Below are positions 35,740-41,571 of a DNA stretch of 41,571 nucleotides, piece after piece. The notes beneath the pieces were generated by a model, which was given only the letters and a program-made list of their open reading frames with translations, was not told the origin of the DNA and made no database searches. Source of the DNA: Nemertoderma westbladi (taxonomy: Eukaryota > Animalia > Xenacoelomorpha); NCBI GenBank assembly GCA_032718475.1, contig JAUCBJ010000810.1:1-41571 (forward strand), read 5' to 3'. A program made the position numbers and the translations under genes. Position 1 is the first letter of the stretch. The number at the start of each line of letters is the position of its first letter.

Positions 35740-36367
35740 GCAGACACTGGTGCAGAGCAGACAGTGGTGCAGACAGTGATGCAGACAGTGGTGCAGACAC
35801 CTGGCTGCCTGGTGCAGACAGTGGTGCAGACACCTGGCTGCCTGGTGCAGACAGTGGTGCACGCACTGGTGCAGACAGTGGTGCAGACATTGGTGCAGAC
35901 ATTGGTGCAGACAGTGGTGCAGACAGTGGTGCAAACACTGGTGCAGACAGTGGTGCAGACACTGGTGCAGACAGTGGTGCAGACAGTGGTGTAAACACTG
36001 GTGCAGACAGTGCTGCAGACACTGGTGCAGATTGTGGTGCAGATAGTGGTGCAGGTAGTGGTGCAGGCAGTGGTGCAGACACTGGTGCAGACAGTGGTGC
36101 AGACAGTAGCGCAGACAGTGGTGCAGACACTGGTGCAGATACAGTGGTGTAGACACTCTGGTGCAGACAGTGGAGCAGACAGTGGTGCAGACACCTGGTG
36201 CAGACAGTGGTGCAGACACTGGTGCAGACACTGGTGCAGACAGTGGTGCAGACACTGGTGCAGACAGTGGTGCAGACACTGGTGCAGACAGTGGTGCAGA
36301 CAGTGGTGCAGACAGTGGTGCAGACACTGGTGCAGACTGTGGCACAGACACTGGCAGACTGGTGCAG
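35740..36367. repeat. 12-bp minisatellite, paralog of 4006-4635
   Basis: Same unit, with a few unit gains and losses. Confidence 0.97.
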
Positions 36368-37734
36368 TAATGGGTTGCTTGGTTGCTTAATTATTATTAG
36401 TTTATTATCTTATTTTATTCCTCGACAGTAATTCCCCTTTGTTTAAGAGCGGCGACATCGGCTTCCGAGATCAACTCCTTAGCTACTTCGGAAATTTGTA
36501 ACTTCCTAGCTTTCCCTTCTTGGAAGCAACGATCAATGCATAGGTCATTGAAATGGGTAAACATAATATAACCAGGTTTAACGTTTTCACGACCATTCAG
36601 CAAAAAACGCAATTGCCCACCAGAACATGCAGACAGGCCAAACTGGACAAAAGCTGCTATACTGTCACACGTCACTGTATACCAGCAGACAGTCTGGAGT
36701 CTGGTAGCGTTGTAGCAGTACTGAGGTCAGGAGTAGGCCCTAAGCTCCAGACTGCTTGATTGTTAACTGCTTTACAGGGGTTCCAGACTGCCAGACTATC
36801 CATTAAGAACTTAACTAGTAACTCTGTCCGCTGCCTCATTTATTTAAATTTCCCACTTATTTGCATATCTGCCAGTCTGCTATTCTATTGGCTACCAACG
36901 CTTACCTTCTTATAAATTTCAGATACGCAAAACATAATTATTTTCACCTACGCGGAGGCTCCGCGTAGCCTCCGCATACGCGTTAAAGCAAGACCCCTAC
37001 ACATTCTGGGGTAAAAAATTATGTAGAATCTATTTCTGGTATTACAGTAGGCCTATTAGTCTTTCAATTACCTATTGCTTTCAAGTATGGGTCCTACGAA
37101 TTACCCAAAAAAAACACAATATCGCCCAAAAAAAGACAAAAATACACAAAAAAAAGTCAAAAAAACACAAAAAATTACACCAAAAAACAAAAAACATAAA
37201 AAAACACAATATTACCCAAAAAAAACTACCGAAAAAGAACAAAAAATTTTTTTTCATAAACATTGTAAATACTATAAGATTTAGGTTAACTGTCAGTTGG
37301 GCACTTTGTCAATATTGACATGTGTCAATATTAACATGTAGAGCTAATTGCAAGTTAAAATTGACATGGATGGACATGTCAATATTTAAATTTTTTTTAC
37401 CTGACGTGTTCAAAGATTTTCAGACGTGTTTTTTAAATATAAAAATCGAAATTATAAGTAAATTAGAAACTTTTGACCATACGGAAATTTTTTTCACCGT
37501 GCCGTTTAGTTAATATAAATACTTACAAAGTTTTTATCATGTTAAAATTGACATACATGTCAAAATTGACTTGTAATGATATAAGAACATAAGTGTGGGG
37601 ATGGGCCACGCCACCCCATAGACTATATACAGCTATAACTATAATTTATACCTGATAAAGCTACATACTGACAGATTACTGGATTATGCCTGTATGCGTA
37701 GAAGCTGTATGCGGTGAATAATTATACATATGAT

Positions 37735-39636
37735 CAGGGACGGATTATGGATTTTCTGGCCCCCGGCAGTTGCAACTTACGGGCCCCTAACCCACCAATC
37801 CCCCCCCCCCCCCCCACCCCCACGAAAACCAATTGCAAAAAATTTTGGACCCGCCGTTGGTAAAAAGTAATTATTATTTTTTCCAAAACATTTACACCAA
37901 AAGACATCAATCAATTGTATATTTAGGTACGACTGACATTCTGACAGATTCTGAGAAATAATGTGTGCCTTTGATTGATTGTGATATAATTTTGAAAATA
38001 TATCGGCAAATCAATGAATTAGATACAAAAATTACTCAAAAAACGCATTTTGCCATCCTTTGTGACTACTGAACTCGTGAATGATTTCAGATAAATCTAA
38101 TTGAAAAGAAAAGTAAATGTTAATAATTGTAATACAGTAATAAATTACTATTCATTCAAATCCAAATTTTTGCTAACGTTTTCCTTTAAACATTAGACTT
38201 TAAACATTTTTTTAAACACTTTAAACAGTATTTTAAACATTTTATGGGATATTGTGTATATCTCGGCGCGGCTTTAAGTAATTTAATAATGCAAAAAGAA
38301 AGAAACAAAATAAAATTTACTTCCGAAGAATCAGCGCAGTGATTAAAATAATTAAAATATTATTAACAATACAATAATGATTACGATACTACTGTATTAT
38401 GAGCACTTAATACACTCATAATTAACGTACCAATCCAATGCAATATCATTGTTAAAATTGGATGGAAAGCCCTTTCGCTCAGCACATTGACCTCCTTCAC
38501 TTGGCAACCACAGACAGCTACGCCGCTAGCCAGACAGCCAATATAATCAACTCGCCTTCACCCTATTGGTTGCCTGGCTAGCGGTATACAGTAGTAGCTG
38601 CGAGTCCAGTCTGGGTAGCCGAATCGAGGTAACATAGTAAATACAACTCCTTGCTTATCCAACTACTGGTTCACTCTCAAGGTAAATAATTACATGTTCT
38701 ATGTTCTGGAAAGGCCCGTATGGTGATCATAATATCTGGGGGGGCAGAGGCCAAATCTGGGGGGGCAAACCCATAACTGGGATTTGGGGAGCATACAAAA
38801 AAGTGAGAGTTAATTTAGTACATAAAGTAAAATCAATATTGTTGAAAGGTGTGTGGGGCGAGCCACGAAGTCGGCGGAGCCTAGGCGAATTGACACTGTT
38901 CAGGAGAATGTCAATAATGGCAAATAGTTGTTGACGTAACTATTTTGACATTAAATAACTTTGTCAGATTTAAAGCTGTCGAATTGAAAATTTGGAGGCA
39001 TAAATATGTCCAAAACTTGACATTATTTAGCGACTTTTGACCCCAACAGTTCAACAGTCTCATGAGAGAACCTAGAGCTTTCGAGTATTTTTAGTAATTA
39101 CAGGTACATTAGGTAGGTATAATGTCATGTAGTTATATAATTGGACCAAATTGAATGGTGGGGAGTCAGGTCAGGTCAGTGGGCAGGTGTATGTGAATCC
39201 AATAATATTGATTACCAACAATATTATTATTAATTAATTGTGAACAAGGCGAGTAAACAATATATGGCTGGGGGGGCAGTGGGACTTCTCTGGGGGGGCA
39301 GTGCCCCCAAAGCCCCCCCGCACGATACGGGCCTGACTGGAATGAATATTTACAACATTGGCTTCTGATATCCGTTGCCTACCATTTAAGGGCCCTTCTA
39401 TTTTATTTCAATGGCATTCTCTAATCGTATCTGTCTATCAATGGTGCTATATGTGAGATATAAATATTTATTGAACAGCCAGAAATAAATAAATAAATTA
39501 GGTTGTTTTATCAGTCTGTCAGTGAGATAATGTTCTGTAAATTTCTCTCAACTTGCGGGCCCCTTCCAACTTACGGGCCCCCGGCAGCTGCCCCTGTTGC
39601 CCCCCCCCCCCCCCCCCCCCCCTTAATCCGTCTCTG
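37735..39636. mobile_element. 1.9-kb non-autonomous hAT element
   Basis: TIR CAGGGACGGATTA / TAATCCGTCTCTG (one mismatch); TSD CATATGAT (37727-37734, 39637-39644); empty site in copy 1 at 6031-6038; GGGCCC and poly-C subterminal motifs. Confidence 0.93.
38712..39335. mobile_element. Nested ~620-bp hAT-like MITE
   Basis: AGGCCCGTATGGTG / CACGATACGGGCCT(G) inverted ends, GGGGGGGCA subterminal repeats, imperfect flanking repeat CTGGAA. Confidence 0.65.
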
Positions 39637-40629
39637 CATATGATGGGCTGATGGGTGTTAAAGTAATCCAGATATCCCCAATTCTTGGAAAAACACACAC
39701 TGACCCTAATATATTTATGTAACTTCAAAAAACATAGGATTGAATATGAAGTAAATATATTCAATAAATCATATTGAAAATCCATTCAAATATTTTTGCA
39801 ATTATCTACACCTCATGGGGACAAGGGAAAAATAAAATAACCAATTACTGACAGAAAAACTAATGGAGTTACAGTGTCAGACATTTGGAGATTTCAAATA
39901 TAGAGTATAAATAATGTTCTACTATGCGGTTAGCGGTTGTAATAGACCAAGTCAAAAATTACGTCCGTTATGGAAAAAGGTAAAAATATTAAAATACAGT
40001 AGGAAGGAGTGACATATTAAACTCATTACTTTCAGTGCAAAGCAGATTTATTGTCTATTAATATATTAGATTTTTGTTTGTTGTTTTTTGTTTATGTCGT
40101 TTTTTTTTGTTTGTTTTGTTTGTGGTTTGTCGATGGCCCGAGGGCCGAGTACTATTTTGGGCGTAATGTCCTGATTCTATGTTTTTTTTATTGTTTTGTG
40201 GGGTGTAAGACTCTATTGTTTACCTGCTTATGTATTTTATTATATATATATATAACAAGCCCCTGTTAGTCAGGATGTCGCGTACGACCGTTAAAAAAAA
40301 ACTATCACGTTATTAGAGTCCAAACTGTCATAGTCTTAGTGTTTCAAGTGCAACCCGCGCATTTTTCTACGTAAACTAGTTAACTAAATATATTTATTTG
40401 TGAAAAATAAAGTCAAACCTCTAGAATAACATATTAGGTACCGGTACTGTTGTACCTAAATGAAAATTATTAACCAAAACCGGCCTCTTTTAAGTTATAA
40501 AGATATATTGTGCGGCATTTTTCTATCTGTGCCAAAATGTTACCTAATGAATTTATTGTAGTGTGCGTTGTGTTGTTTTTATCTCATGGTAATCCGGTAC
40601 GTACGATTTTAAATGATTAAACTGTTTTA

Positions 40630-41571
40630 TTTTTAACTCATAATGTTTTCAGAATTCGCGTCTAATATTCTCCATCGAGAGTTGCAATAACTATTTGTAA
40701 CTGTGTTACGATGGTGTGGTAATAGGCCTAAAAAAGGGCTGGTTGGATAAACTAAGGATTCTAGTTGGTTTATAAATTGGCAAATAATAGCTATTAACTT
40801 TAGTTTATTGTTTTGGTTCGAATAAAGTGCCACTCGAACCTCCTATTTTCTCTTTTCCCTTAATTTATAATTGAGACCAGATATTAATTCGCAGAGATTT
40901 GCGCCAAGTTTCCCTCCTATATCATTTAACATAATAATCTCCATATTTGGAGATAATATTGTTACATATTTTGATTTATTATGTTCGGCTTTTCGACGAA
41001 TTGAAGCCTCAGGAGTAGTAAGTGCCTCGGTTTGTATCACGCTGAGATCTGTGATCTTTGAAAGCTCAATTAAATATTTACCCAGCTCGGTGTCTTTTGT
41101 CTCATTGTTTCAAATGGCTTCATATAAAGGTGTTTATACATTTTCGCTGTCTTTTAGAAATTTTTGGATAAATGTAGCTGTTCTCATTTTTATGATGGAG
41201 CTCAAAGGTGTTATTCCCAATTCAACATATGGGAATTCGTTGGGGGTCCACTGCCCTTTAGACCAAGCAGTACTTAGTACTACTCTACTGTAGTTTGAGT
41301 ACCACTTAACGGTACTTAATCCTTCCACAGCTGGTAATAGTAGTTCCCAAATCAACTTCCGATTTAGATGATTTTATTTCTCACTGATATAAATTTATTG
41401 GAAGATATTTATAGATTTTATTGGAAGGATTTATCAGCATTTGGTTGGATGAATAATTAGATAAAGTTTTCATCACAATAATTTTCAAGCATCCAGGTCT
41501 TCTCCTCTGCGATTTTGCGCTAAAATAATATTATAGGTTCAGGTTAAAATTTTTGGTAAATCGTTAATAAG
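40630..41571 (-). mobile_element. Highly decayed non-LTR retrotransposon RT C-terminal region, running off the window
   Basis: Minus-strand remnants LINDLPKIL, ENYCDENFI..HPTKC and TPNEFPYVELGITPLSSIIKMR resemble RT motifs 4 and 6 and the thumb region; many disablements. Confidence 0.6.

Larger units (their letters stand above)
33855..40057 (+). repeat. Copy 2 of the dispersed duplication, with two DNA-transposon insertions
   Basis: Colinear with 3008-6448. Confidence 0.95.

Overview
Repeat-dense animal (probably invertebrate) genomic DNA with no convincing host gene; almost all of it is nested transposable elements. The centre is a complete 20.3-kb BEL/Pao LTR retrotransposon on the minus strand (8331-28646; ~1.17-kb TG..CA LTRs ~99% identical; 5-bp TSD CAATC). 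It carries a disrupted gag-pol, a decayed accessory gene in the env position, an older antisense BEL relic, several tandem arrays, and an uninterrupted CRE-clade RT+RLE LINE ORF in its 5' leader. It has no tRNA-type PBS; instead the 12 nt at the PBS position are exactly complementary to a site in its own LTR, hinting at self-priming. It interrupts a Cys-rich, Sola2-like transposase remnant. Outside it are two RTE-clade LINE fragments, a second BEL gag fragment, an inverted 15/17-bp satellite, several MITEs and a decayed LINE RT. A ~3.4-kb segment occurs twice (3008-6448 and 33855-40057). The copies differ by two 8-bp-TSD insertions and about nine small indels shaped like DNA-transposon excision footprints (TA-CAG-TA, TA-GGCC-TA, TA-CCGG-TA and hAT hairpin type), which may explain the strong excess of TAGGCCTA and TACCGGTA. 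All family calls come from motif recognition by eye, not database searches.
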